Assembly: GCA_050273025.1 (NCBI GenBank)
Contig: CP158635.1
Span: forward strand, 11,718,001-11,782,000
Length of the DNA stretch: 64,000 nucleotides
Direction: 5' to 3'
Source of the DNA: Cenococcum geophilum
Lineage: Eukaryota
The notes under the pieces are model-generated. The model searched no databases, had not been told where the DNA came from, and worked only from the letters and a program-made list of their open reading frames with translations. Shown in pieces: positions 23,635 to 37,399 of the stretch (its first letter is position 1; every line of letters begins with the position of its first letter). Both the position numbers and the translations under genes were made by a program.

Positions 23635-25675
23635 TGCTAGCACTACCTCGATCTTTATTTTGTATCCCTCCTAAAATTTCGCTTAATAATAACAATTTCT
23701 ATACTAGTCCCCCTAGAAAATCGACAACTTCGTCTTAGTATTATATAACTATAGCTTCTAAAAAAGGCGTAAGTAGTATACCTCAGACAAAGTATAAAAT
23801 ACCACTTTTCCCCCTAAAAAGTCAAGAAGTATTAGAAGCTTGGGCACTTAATAGCATATTATTCCACCTAGGGCCTTAATTTAGAGATTCCATTTAATAA
23901 AGTGCCTATAGACCGTATATATAATTACAAGAAAGCTTATAATAAGTATTATAAGGATAATAAGGACAATAAGGAAGATGGGGATAGAAATAACAGTTAA
24001 GTCTCTAGGGGAAGTAGTTAAGGTAATTATCCTAATAATTACTCTACCACTCTTCCTCTTTTCCTAGTAGTTCTAAATATATAGTTTTAATAACTAGTAG
24101 TAAATCTAATAGTTATTAAAGATAATATAGCCGATCCGGACCTGGAAACTAAGGGTAATAAATTTAGTAACGCTAATAACGAAGCTAACTAAGTTAATAA
24201 GGCTAGTAAAGCCGATAACCGACCAATGCCCTATGAATTTGGTACGTATATTTCCTTTAATTTACAATAGCCTTGTTTAATAATTAGTAAATAACGGAAA
24301 TAATGGCAGTAATAAGGACAATAAAGAAAATAAAGAGCTGCCTTCGTTAGAAGTGCTATAAGAGGAGGTATACGCACCTACGTATAATTATACTACACCT
24401 TTAACGCTAGATAGCAGTTAAATAGATAATTTAGCTAAGGGGCATTGTATTAAAACCGCTCCGCGGTTTAGGTAGGAGCTTAAGATATTAGTAAGCGCTA
24501 GTTAAAAGTCTTTAGGAGCTAAGAAGTTAAAGAAGTAGAGGTTTAATTAACTTAAGTAACTAAATAATATTAATTATATCTCTAATACTTCCGTTAGTAA
24601 GGGTAGTGAGAGCCTACGGCTTAGGAAGTAATAAAGATCACTAGCTTTTTAGAGAACCTCGCCTCCTAGCCCTCCTACCCCTAATCTTAGCGGTGGTAAT
24701 AACCGTATTAAAGAGCAAGCGGCCTCTGCTACGCGGCCTACTAGCCCTTTACTTTAGTAATCTTTGTCTTCTTATAATATTAGACCGCCGCAAGATAATC
24801 TTAATAATCTTATTAACGGCTTAGCTAAAGAATATAATTATAATAATAATAATAAGGGCGGCGAGAACGTTGTAGACGAAGGTAAGGCCAAGAACTGTAA
24901 CAACAGAAGCAGCGATAGCGGCGATATGGATAATAACGACGCTAGGGACGGCGATAGTAGCGATAGCGATAGTAATAAGAGTAATAAGGCCTATGGGTAT
25001 ATAGGGCGATAAGGATCACTAGTGCCTATTAGTAGTGGATTAAAACCAAAGCATACTGCGAAGTATTGTCTTTAGCGGTCTTACCTTTCCCCTTTAATTC
25101 CATCTATATACACGTCCGACTAGAGTACTACGCTTAGTAGCGATTATTATAATTAGGCTAGATCCCCTATATATAATCGCCTTTATACCTAAAAGCCGCT
25201 GTTAAACTTAGCCTCTAACTCTAACTATAGTAAAGCAATACTTAGAGCCGCCTTAAATGCTAATTTAGAAGAATAGTTAATCTAAGTAGCTCTTAGGCGC
25301 TAGGAAAACGGGTCATATATACTAGATATTATTCCTTAACGATTTCCTAATAGCGTCGCCAATAACTAGAGCGACGTTTTAGACCCAGAGCCTGCTATAA
25401 AGCGCTATACCTAGGCTAAAAAAGACAAATTTAATGAAATAAACTTGGATAATAAATAGAAGATTAACGATATTCTAGGGGAAAGAATAACTAAGTTAGG
25501 GCGCGAATATAAGGTAGTTTAGAAGCCCACCTAGGTTTATAAAAGCGGGCTTTTAAATTCTAAAGATGCCCTTAAGTCTTACTAAAGACGCGTCCGGCAT
25601 GCTAAGGTTGAATTACTATAGGTACACTCTATAAAAGTAAAGGGCAGAGCTGCCGTACGCAAGGGACGGCGGTAA
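23635..25675 (+). pseudogene. Chromodomain-containing protein gene, copy 1, with acidic low-complexity central region
   Basis: 25448-25610 reads DNK*KINDILGERITKLGREYKVV*KPT*VYKSGLLNSKDALKSY*RR, de-RIP DDEWEIDDILGERITKSGREYKVVWKPTWVHESGL, a chromo fold. ORF 24764..25012 is the D/N-rich linker. Confidence 0.7.
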
Positions 25676-25949
25676 TGCTTTAGGATATCCTCGTTCTTAG
25701 ATAGTAGTGCTCTTTTTAGCTTAGAGGTCTATTTCTAGTTTAGCATTCTTATCCTTAGCGTATTTAGCAGGAATATCTTATAATTGCCAGTCTAATAGAT
25801 TCGAATTCTTTATATACTCTACACAACATACAGCCGTGAAACTCTAATTACCGCCTCGCGTAAGCTACATTCTCGCTTAGCCTAGTTGCGTTATACTAAG
25901 TCTTAATACCGCTCTAATTAAGAACACTTCGGCATCCTAGCTTATCTCC

Positions 25950-27290
25950 TATAGCGGCTTACACGGATAGCTTTACATTCTGCCTTTTACTTATCCTATT
26001 CTAACTTTTAAGCACCTAGTTATTAAAGAAAGTCCACTATAGGGAAACAAATATGCATTATATAGCTAGATTAGTACAAATATCCCATCTATTAGCATAT
26101 AATTCTTAATAGCTTTAAGGACTCCTTTATACTACTTATCCTTTATATAACTAATAAACGTAAAACTACATCTTAGTAACTACCTATTTCTTTCGGCCTT
26201 ATCTAACGTATGCGTAATAACCGCCCCTGGCGATGGATACTAGACTATCCTTATCTCCTTTTTACCCTTATTTATTCTAGTCTACACTATATATATAGAA
26301 GAACGCCAGCGCCTTAGAGAATTATTATAAGATCTATTTACCACTCCATTAAGCGTAAATACCGGCATATCTTTATTCTTAGAAATTCCCGTTAGTATCT
26401 ACTCGCTAGTAGGGCTATAGGTTATACGGATTATCTTAATATACTTTAAAAGTTTAGGATTGTCTAATAACTGGTAGACGATCTTTATACCGCGATGTCT
26501 ATATCCTAATACCGCTTTAAGCCCAAACATTTAATAATTATTAAAATAAAGTTTTGCTGTTTTACGAAACGTAATAACAAATTTCTTATAGCAGTTAGTT
26601 TTCTTCTATAAGAATATAAACTAGTTACTTATATAAACTTTTAAATGCTTAATAATATTATCCCTAGCTATTACTCCTACGGCCGAACTAAAAACGGTCG
26701 GCTAAAGGGTATAACCCCCAACTAGTATTACTGGCGATAATTGCGTAGGGGTTAAGGATGCGCTTAGTTCCCCCTTAAAGTAGTCTTAAGTAAGTCTATC
26801 CTCCACTCTAAAGTATATAAAGGGGGTATTATTATTATTAGGGTAGGTTAGGTCCTTAGTAGCATTTATAAAAGAGGGAAAGGGTTGGCTTAGCGCGCTA
26901 ATACTAAAAGAAGTCGCCGTCGCTCTAATACCGCTAGGAGAATTAAGCTTAGGAGGTATTAATTTCTTATTAATATCTACCGGAGGGTAAGAAAGATAGG
27001 GCTAAATGCTTGTCGTTATATTATCAACACTAGAGTTAGTGGTAATTACCATCTCCCTAATACTATTAAGCTTAGTAGGTATTAGTTCCTCGTTAATATC
27101 TACTAAAGGGGGAGAAGAAAGATGGAGCTAAATATTACTCGTTATATTGCTAACGCAAAAGTTAGTAGTACTCTCGCCAGCCTTATCTAATAATAAGTCT
27201 CTAGTATATATAATTCGCCTTTAGTTACTTATAGAGCTAGTAGCCTAGTAGTTCGGAGTTGCTATAGGAAGTTATTAATAGATTTTCATT
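25950..27290 (-). pseudogene. Unknown RIP'd gene with an internal ~130-bp tandem duplication near its 5' end
   Basis: Protein-like frame KFVITFRKTAKLYF...LRRWRSSIYIV*TRINKGKKEIRIV*YPSPGAVITH. The two repeat units lie at ~26945-27040 and ~27065-27165. Confidence 0.4.
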
Positions 27291-28049
27291 GCCGGTTATA
27301 GAAGGAAAGTATTTATAGAAAATAAAAATAGAGTATACCGAGTAAGTATTTATATAAGGGAAGTATAGTAAAGCTACTAGCACTAAGCGGCTTCTTATAT
27401 ATAGGGCTGCCTAAATCCTCTATAAGCTAAAGCGCGTAATATATACGCCTACAGTTAAATCAAAACACGGTAATAATTTAGAAATACTACAGAAGTTCGT
27501 ATATAAGGTTTATTATTAGTTACACTTATACCTAAATACCTCATTATACCCTAATAGAACGGCTTAGCGTTTAAATATAAGAAGTAAATAGTAAGGCCTA
27601 CTCCTGTAGTTCTTAGAGCTTAGAGGATTACGCTAAGACGGCTAGCCTATATAGGATATTCTATTCTCAATTTCGTAGTAGAGACTTAGTAACTGGAAGA
27701 GTAAAAGTCCTATATTTTTAGGTACTGCTTATATAGGTAGCAGCATTATATGGCACAAATTTATATAAGGTATAGCTACGTTAATTAGGGCACAATACGC
27801 TGCTAATTTCGTAAGGCGAGACAGGCACTGCTTATATTAGGCTTTAATTTAAGCGCCTATCTTTGATAATCTGTATAGCCATACGCCTACATACACTACC
27901 CGCCACTTATTTTTATATATTATCTTATATAGGATCCCACGGGAGCTTCTAAATAGGTTTATTAGTTAATTCCCCTTAGGATTCCTTATCCCCTAAAACT
28001 AAAACATAACTTAGTAAAAACGTACTAGTTATAATATTTATATTAAAAC

Positions 28050-28700
28050 TAACTAGTAGTACTTCTAATAGCTTTTAGTATACGCTAGCTTATAGCCTTT
28101 TAGTTTACTTTATTTAACCTATTATTTCTTAGCTTTTTATTTACGCGTTCTAGAATTTTTTCCCTTTTAGGTAAATTCACATCATTCTAGCCGCGCCGTG
28201 ATATAATAATATTCCTAGCTTCCTTATTTATAAATTTCTACTAATCCTTATTAAAAAAAGGCGCCTTAGCCTAGGCCTATATACTTACTAAAAAACGCTA
28301 CTACTACTCTAGGTTATACTAAACTGCATCCTATACCTACTTTGCAATAGTATTAGCCCTAATGTCCATTATGCGTAGTAGCGTTTAGAAATAGGTATTA
28401 GTGAAATTACTAGGTCCTAATATGTCGTGGTAAAGCGGGGTTTCGTAAATAAAGAATTTTAAGTTATTTAAGTGTCTTGGCTAACGCCACCAGTATCACC
28501 CCTACTAGTTTAATTTTATAAGACTAGTCCTCCCGCCTTCCCTAGGGTCGCACTAACTATTTAGCTAAACGCTACTAGTTCTAGCAGCCGCGCTAGACGT
28601 AGCCTACCTAATACTTTTACTACGTTACGGAATATGTAGAAGAACTATATAAGGTTATAATTTAGGTAGCCCCTAGCTAATATATTAGATCTTTCTTATA
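28050..28700 (-). pseudogene. Unknown RIP'd gene
   Basis: De-RIP frame WNDVNLPEREKILERVNEKLRNDGLDEVDQKAMSWRMLKAIRS looks like a compact helical domain. Family not identified. Confidence 0.4.
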
Positions 28701-31700
28701 CTAATAGTCCTAGGGTTGCTATGAGGAGTTAAAGTGCTAGAAGTTGCTTACTATATTATAGAAGTAAAAGAAGCTAGGGCTCCTAGGTGTAATAGCTAAG
28801 TTAATAATAATAGTTACATTTTCCCTAGTTATTAGAGGGGTAATTTATTTTGTGGATTGTAAAACCTCCCTAACACTCTATATAAGCTAAAAAAATAATT
28901 TTCTTATAAAGTAAAAGATTACTTTTATACTATTTTCTAATGCTAAAAATAGAACTCTTAATGTTGTATAATTATAAAAATGGCCAATATAAGGCTTGCG
29001 TAACTATATTATATATTAGTAAACTAATAGCTAAAATTAGGGGGGGGGGGCTTTGTACGTTAAAGTTAACCTTACGACCTTAATTTCCGTCTTGGTGGTT
29101 TGCGCTACTATCCTAATTATGCCCATATACTAGAAACCTAATAGCTAAATAAAAAATGCGTATTTAGGGCAATCCTATTAAAGCTATAATCGCAAATGCT
29201 AACTAAGAGCAATACTAATATAATAAAGCTAGACGTGCTAGACCTTAGAATCTTTAGCTAACTTTTTAAAGAGGTATATTACCTAAAAGAAAATAATAAG
29301 TAAGTAAAGAAAGGCACTATATAACGCTATTTTAATAATAGAAGGGTTTAGATGCCGTAAAAACCAAGTAATTATAACGAGGGCAAGGGTAGGGTAGGTA
29401 AATCTGCTAAAGGGAGCTATAATCTTAAATATTTAAGAAAATGGAAAAGAATAAAGATAAAAGTAGGAGTAGGCTAGCTTATAACGATATTATTCCTAAG
29501 AAATAAGGCGGGCTATGTAAATGCTATATCATTACTACTAAATAACTTAACTAAGCGGCTTTCTAATAAGTTGTCGCCTAAACCTTAGGCGATGAATAAC
29601 TAAAGAAGGCACTTAGGGCGTATAGGGGTTAGTTACCTTCTCCATTCTATTACTAGATTAAGTATTTAATACTATCTATAATTTTAGGTAATGCTAAATA
29701 AAAAAAGAGAAGAGTATAAATCTTTTATTTCAGCTAGTAACTTACAAGTTTTCTATATTATTATGCCCCGCATTAATCTTTATCTCCTAGCTATACGCTT
29801 ATAATGCGGCGCTGTGGTTTATAAGTACTAAAACCATATAGATACTCCACCGGACCTTCTATTAACTTAGTCTTAATATTAAACCTAAAGTGCCTTAAAA
29901 TAAGTTGGCTTACTAGTATAGCTAACACCTATATTTTCTTTCCCTCTTCGTCCTACTTTTTTACTACTATTTTAATAAGTATTCTACCTAGACTAGACTT
30001 CTAATAAGACCCGTATATAGTAAGAGTAAAGATTTTCATCTAGCAATCTTAGGAGTACCTAGCGTAAAATTAGCTACGCCCCTAAGCCTATAACCTAAGA
30101 CCTATACTAATGCCCCTTAGCTTAAGTTTTTTCCTTATAAAACTTAATATTATCCAGGTTTTTATCTTAACGTAGATTTTTAATACCCTCTAGGAGGCTA
30201 TTAAGAATACCTTTATTTTATTAGCTTGCAAACTTATACTAGATAAATAATAGTACCGTATAAATGCCCTCCTTAGGCGGTGGTTAAGGTTCTAGGCCAC
30301 TTATAATAAGGACGCCAGAAATTACAGTTTCGCTAATTAGCACCGTCAAATCTTGCCTGGCCTATAGTGACTTAACTACCTTAGCTTTATTTTTATTGTA
30401 TAGGCTTTCTACACTATAAACCCTTAAGGTAGAACTAAGAAGCGCATTAATAAGATTAACTGCGTAAAAGTCGTATATGTTTATTAGGAATTCTTTAGAA
30501 TATAGTCTCCAAATCTTAAAAGATAGGGAGGTTTTAAAAGCTAAAACAATAATATAGGTTGCTCGAAATATATCTATATACGTAAGCGGTCGAATTTAAT
30601 AAGTAGCTATCGCAGGAGAGAGTAAAGGAAAGCAAAATTGGCAGCAAAAGGAGGAGCACCCTTAAAAGATATACGAAGAAGTTATAATATTAATTAGATA
30701 AGAGCTATTGGGACCGTTGCAGATATAGTAGCTATAGCCCCTACTCCAACTAATGGAATTAGGTTCTTTAGTATTACCATTCTACCCTTCCTTTAGATAG
30801 AATCTGGTAAAGGATTCTGTACGGCAGGTATAGCTAAGAATTATTACCGCACGTATTATACTAATTCATTATTATACATTTTATATCTGCTTAGTGTTAC
30901 CTAATACTTAACCTTTAGGAATATATATATATGAGCCTAACGCTACCGAATACTATTAGATGTAAAGATAAGGTGCTAAGGCGGAAGATTTAATTTCCTA
31001 AGCTAGATATAAATAACTACTATTAAGGGTCTATAATGGACAGACACGGCCTCTACTTTAAAATATTCTCTACCCCTCTTTCTTTAATATAGTTCTCTAA
31101 ACCTTAGAGATTCCCCTAAATTATAGTCTGCAATTTAATTAGAATAGATACTATATAAGAGATATTAAACGTACTTAAAACGTATATGCGTTAGAGTGGT
31201 TATATATTATTTTAAGGAAAGTGGGTAAATAGATAATATCCCATACTTATTACTCTCTAGTTTTTCTATAAAGAGCACTAAGGAACTTCTGTTAAGACTT
31301 AGAGAAGGAATAAATTAAGGAGTAAGAGAGTTTATCTATAGTCCTCTTATCTAGGTAGATGTAGAGAATTTCACTTAATATTAAATTATTAGGTATTCGA
31401 GCGACTTATTAGTATTTTAGGTGGTTAGGATTTTCTAGACCCGCACCTACCGTTTATTAGTCTTTTAGGCCTATAGTAATTTAATGCCCCAATAGGCCGG
31501 TACTAGGACGCGACTTTAGAGGTTCCGTTTGCTAGCCTTATATACCCTTAAGTTAGTAAGTACCGGAACGCGAAGTTTTAAGCTTAGTAGTTAATTTAGG
31601 ATAGCTTTCTAATGTAATTAAAGACGCCCTCTTTAGATTAATATCGGTATATAATAAGGCACTTGCTCCTAGGCCAAGGTTAGTAGTTAATATATTATAG

Positions 31701-32323
31701 CCCAAATCTTAATCCTAGCTACTAGTGATGGTTATAAGAGGCTGCTAAATATACTAGTCTAAGACTAGTAGGGTTTAGCAAATTGCGGCTTAAAAGAGCA
31801 AGCTAATTATTAAAGAAGTAGCATCTATATCGAAGAATAAAGTGGCTATAAATAGCTAGCAGAAATAGGATAGACTAGGGAATGGTTTAAAAGAAGCGGT
31901 AAAAATAGTAAAGTTAAGGAAGTAACGAATAAAAGCTATAGAAGAAGGCGATAAGGCAACCGGTAAAGTGGACGGTAAAGGTAACTATGCATCCCTAGTA
32001 ATGGGGCGAAATTAGCTTTATATATCACTTATCTCTATCCTATACCCTTAAGATTTAAAGCATTCTTAGGTTTATTAAGGCGTTTTATCTTTTAATTCTT
32101 ACGGGACGCATTATTATATTATTAAAAAGAAATTAATGGGAGCTTCTAGACTTTATAGCAGTGGGTAAGCTATATTTAATTAACCGGGGAGATAGCTGCA
32201 AATCCTTACTTTAATTAGCTGTTTAGTTTTCCATTATAAATCTTTAGAGGAGCACGAGTTGCAGTGGTAGAGTTTGGTAAAGTGTGGCGTTTTAGGGATA
32301 ACGAGGCAAGGGGCAAATACACG

Positions 32324-32491
32324 CTAAGTTAAAATTATAGGGGTATTATCGTTGCGATCGCAACAATAATCCCCTATAACGTTTCCTGCTTCCTTTACTC
32401 TTATACACTAAGTTAAAATTATAGGGGTATTATTATTGCGATCGTAATAATAATCCCCTATAACATTTCCTGCTTCCCTTACTTTTATACC
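32324..32491. repeat. Two tandem 84-bp units, each containing a ~45-bp palindrome
   Basis: TTATAGGGGTATTATCGTTGCGATCGCAACAATAATCCCCTATAA at 32335-32379 and its more RIP'd twin at 32419-32463. Confidence 0.9.
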
Positions 32492-32523
32492 CTATTACCT
32501 TCTTTTTTTAGTTTAGCTAGCCT

Positions 32524-34325
32524 ATAGGATTACAAATACCTCTTTACTTTAGAAGTGTAGTGAAATAGATTTTAGCGCCACGGTAATTCTATTCCGTAGC
32601 CTTTCCCTTCCTAAGGCTAATTATTATTTATTATAGGACGGAGAAGCAGTCCTTCCCAGTGTACTATTATAGCTTACTTATACCGTCCGTCCTTATTACA
32701 CCGTAGGTTTACCTTCTATTACTCCTCTTATAAGGGGTACTTATGGATAATAGTTATTGTTAAATAAGATTAAGCTTTTTACGTAATTTCTGCGCTCTAC
32801 TAATAAAGGCGAAGTAGTAAAAGCCTATAAAAGAGTAGTAGACAAAATTCTAGAGGCCTTACCCACCAACCGTAAAGAGGCGCTTAGCTTAAATAAAACC
32901 CTAACGGTCTTAAGCCCCTAGAACGCCTTAGCAATCCTAAAAGCTATAAAAGCCCTAAAAGCTATAAAAGCCCTAAAGGCCTTAACGACCCCTATAGATT
33001 TAGAGACTAGGAAAGCTATAGTTAAATTCATTTTATTATTCCGGATTTTTAAAAGATAAGGAACCCTACCTTCTAATAAAAGCCCAGACCCACTTTACGG
33101 AGGAAGCCCCGCCTCTAAGGGAGTAAAAACCGCGCTTATAAAACGCTAGAATTTATTACTAGCAGCTATAGAGCGACTGGTTATAGTTTGTACGAAAATT
33201 CAGTCTTTAGATAATCGCGAATTAGAATAGTTCCTTAAGCTTTATAATCTGGCTAAGGGCGGATTACTTAAAGCCCTTTAGGAACTATATATTAAACTAG
33301 TAGGAGCTAATAACTAGGTAATAATTCGTAACCTAGCTAATGTCCTTAACGTAGGCAAAAATGCAGTTAGTTGTAGGTTAATAAAGTCTGTTCTATCTAA
33401 GACGCTAAATAATAAGGTAGAGTAATTAAAGAAAGAAGGTTATAGGCCTAAAAAGGGCTAATAATTTAGAGCTTTAGTATAGGAGATGGCCTGTCTATTA
33501 GGAGGAGAGCGCCTTAAACTAAATAATATTGCTAGTTAGAAATAGAGTCGTCTTAAACCTAGAGTACTTATTAGTCTTTACAACCTAGATTCTAGTATAA
33601 TATTAGTTTTTAATTATCTCTATTAAATTAATAACTAACCTATAATAGTATTAAAAGGTATATAGCACCCAAAGAATTTAATATATTAATTGCTTAAATA
33701 GAAACACAACTATAATACTAGAAATGGACGGAATTATCCCCCTTAGCAAGGAACCTAAAGGATATATATCTTTGTTATGCTAATACTAACTCTATAAGTT
33801 AGCCTGAAGCCAACAGCGCCATTTAAAACCCTAGGGGTATAAAAAGATTAATTATTACTAAGCAGTCTAATACTAAATGTACTAGGCGCGAGTTATTTAA
33901 AATAAGTAGTCCGCAAGCCGTCCCTAACGGGAGTTCCGATTAAATATTTCCAACGTCTTTAAAAAACCAATATAGTATAGTTATACTAGCTAATCTTTAT
34001 TCGGACCCTTCTAAGATACTATTACCTTTTAGATCTACCTTAATCCCTAAGATCTACTTATACCCTTTAGAAATCCCTCTTAACCTAAGCCATTACTCGA
34101 CCCCTAAGATGTCCTTCTCTTTTAAACCTATCTTAATTCCTTAAATCTACTTAGATCTACTATTAATTCCTTTTGATATATACCTAGACTATTACTTAAA
34201 TTTTAAAGTACCTTCCTCTTTTAAACCTCTTAATTCCTGAAATCTATTCGGATCCTCTGTTAATTCCTCTTAATTTAAATTCTAATCTCTAGCCAATTAC
34301 TCCGCTAATTACTATAGTGATAAAT
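32524..34325 (+). pseudogene. Unknown RIP'd gene with a Pro/Ser/Asp/Phe-rich imperfectly repeated C-terminus
   Basis: Protein-like frame EVVKAYKRVVDKILEALPTNRKEAL. Short repeats AAAAGCCCTAAAAGCTATA near 32940-32980 and imperfect repeats at ~34000-34280. Confidence 0.4.
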
Positions 34326-37300
34326 AACTAGCTTAATTTATACCCTACATTTCTATATATAGTAAGCCTTAACCTAAACTAGAATTCGCAATATAGCACT
34401 CCCTGTATATTTTAATATTATTTTTACTCTGCTTCTAAAGAACCTACAGCCTTAGACGGCTTCTATAAGGCTGCGGCTGTATAGACCTATATAGATATAT
34501 AAGCATGTCCACCCCCCTTCCCTATAAAGTGTTAAGGCGTATTATTAAGTACGCCTATTATATTGCCGCTTTGAAGTTTAGGGTATTTATATTTTGTGGA
34601 AATCTTAAACCCTAGCAAACTGTTATCTGAACTTAGCTGGCTAAGTGCTAATATTACTATAGCCTTTGCCACGCTATTCCTAGGGTTCGCCCAGATTTCC
34701 TTATTTATATTATTATAATATACTAAATATTGGTTTTCGACGGAGACCGCGTCTTTAGTAGTGCGGAGGATTTTAGTAGCATGCTGCCTAGCGACTTTCT
34801 AAATATTTTTCATTAGTATACTGCTAATCTACCTAGCGTTAGCAATACCTTAATGTATAGTAAAATATAAGGTAATGTTACTTCACTATTAGGTATTTTA
34901 TAGAAGGGGATATCCTCCTTTTAGAAGGATAAGGATTAGCTTTATACTAATAAAAAGGCGCGCAAGTAATCTAAATATCTGCTATTTATACTAGAAGCTA
35001 TCTATAGTATGGATATAATAAGTCTAAGAAAGATATAAGTAATAGATGCATTAGTGAATAGATATTAAGACCCTTTGAAGGGGCTGATTTTTCTTTAGCG
35101 GGGCTGATTTTTAGTGGGGTAGGGCCTATATAATACCGCCCGTTCCTAAGAACCGTTATTGCCTTATAGAAGAGGTGCGGGCGACTTATAGAAATTGTCT
35201 TAATATTTATAGGTAAAGAGAATATACCCTAGAGTGTATATAAATATATATCCTCTAGTCCTATATAAAGAGGCCACTAAACCTCCACTTTCGTCGTTAT
35301 CCTTACTTAGTACTTTTACCTTAAGAATAACATTGTAATAAAGCTGCCGGAAATTATAAAGAATAATTTAATTATTAGACTAGATTGTCTTCTAGTTTCT
35401 CCTTAGGATTTCCTATAGGGCTTTAATAAACCTAGTATAGATTATAACGGTATTGAGGTAAAAGATACTATATACCCTTTAATTATATTAGTCTAATAGT
35501 TCTATAGGTTATAGATATTTTTGCCCTCTGCTATATACGGTAGTGCTAGTAATAAGGCCCGCACCTATATTATGGTGAACGTATCTTTTTAGGGATATTT
35601 AATTCTAATAGTTTAGTAGTTAAACGTACGGTATTCTTAGGTGATCTCGTACTTATAAAAGGTGGGCTGGAAATAATTAAATAGGTAAAACGTAAGGTAG
35701 AGGATAGGAATGATTGGCTTTAGATAAAAAATGCTCTATCTTCTTAAAAATTCTTTAAATAGATCTCCTTTAATGACCAACTTAAGTAGGTTAAGGTAAA
35801 TATTATAAATAATATGGCTTTTTATATGTTAACAGTTTTATAGGTCTTAGACATATTTAATTTCCGCCCTACTTTAAGCGCTTCCCCCCTATATAGGAGA
35901 CGGTTTACCCTACTTGGGATTTTTCTTTTAAATAGGTCGCAGAAGCTAGGCAAAGTGCTATCGGATATAGTTAAAAAGATAGAAAATAGAGAGGAAGCTA
36001 TGGAATAGGTAAAGCGTAAGCTATAGCGTCGTAAGGACGAAGACTTAGCCGGGCAGATATTGTCTTTAAGTTTTACTTAGCTAGGAATAGGAGAACGGAA
36101 GCTATAGGACATTGGTTCCCATAGGGGAGTTTAATAAAGCGTTAAGAATTCGCGTTGTTTAGAGCTTTAATAACCTCGTTTTAAAGGCAAATTATATCCT
36201 CTACTTTATCTATAATTTTAATTAATAGTCCGCTATATGTTTTAATAAGCCAACCGCCTAATCTTTTTAGCTGCTTTAAAGCTTACCACAGTTTTTATCT
36301 AGGTAGCCCTCTCTAAATCACGCCGTAAGTAATAACCCTAGAGTAGATTAGAAGGTCTCTATGCTTACATTTCTATAACGTTAGGAGGATATAGTTTGCA
36401 GGTCTTATAGTATTTTAGGTACTACGTTTTTACTCTATTAATAGAATGGCCGCATTTAAGCTTTATTTAAATATGGTCACACATTTTATAAGGTAATAAT
36501 AATAATTTTCCGTCTAGGTAAAGTATGGGCAATGTGTAGATTTTAATATTAGAGCTATTCCGGAATCCATAGTATATATATACTACTTTAATTAATAGAA
36601 TTGTGGTAGATTATAGGAACCTTATATTTGGTATAGGAGGTTACTTATATATATAAAACTAGTAATAAGCTAAGTATATAGAGGAAGCTAATAGTATTGT
36701 TTTTTATTAGTGCCCCTTTAGGAGACGCTAGAGTATATATATGGGCATATTACTGCCGTGTATGCGAAGAGATCGCTACGTACTAGGGATCGTGGCTTTA
36801 ATCCTAAAGGGGTAGGTTGCTGTTTAAATTAATAATGAGCTAGTTTAGGCGTTCTAACAAATAAGATTGGAGCATTCCTTTTATTTAGCTCGGCCTCTAT
36901 ACGCCTAGTGTATTATAGTATATTATGGCGGAATAGAGACGCTTTAAAGGAAGTATAGGATAAGGTTTAGACTTTGGTTATTTGCTAATTCGCGGCTATT
37001 TTTTAATAGGACTTTAACTAGGTTTTAATTGGGTTTTAACCGGATTCCAATTAGACTTTAACCAGACTCTAACTAGACTTTAGCTTTTTATACCTATAGG
37101 AGGTATATAAGAGAGTAAATAGAAGTATAATCCTTAATAAAGCCGCTCCTAGCTAGCAATATGCTTAGCGTTAGGTGTTTCCCTAGCTTACAGATTTAAG
37201 TAGATAATCTTACAATAAAATCCACGTAAATACTTTCCGCTTTACTCCCCTTTCTATTATATATGTTAAGTAGAGCGCAGTATAGATATCTAGATATTGG

Positions 37301-37399
37301 TTTATGGCAATAAATAGGCTTAGGTGGGGTTATATATCGCTCTTGCCCCTCTAACCACTTAGGGTAGCGTGGTTTTTTAGTTAGGCGTTAAACGCCTAT

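Noticed and set aside
32324..32491. Palindromic direct repeats resembling a CRISPR array
   Set aside because: Only two units, the intervening sequence is also duplicated so there are no unique spacers, there are no cas genes, and the context is eukaryotic.
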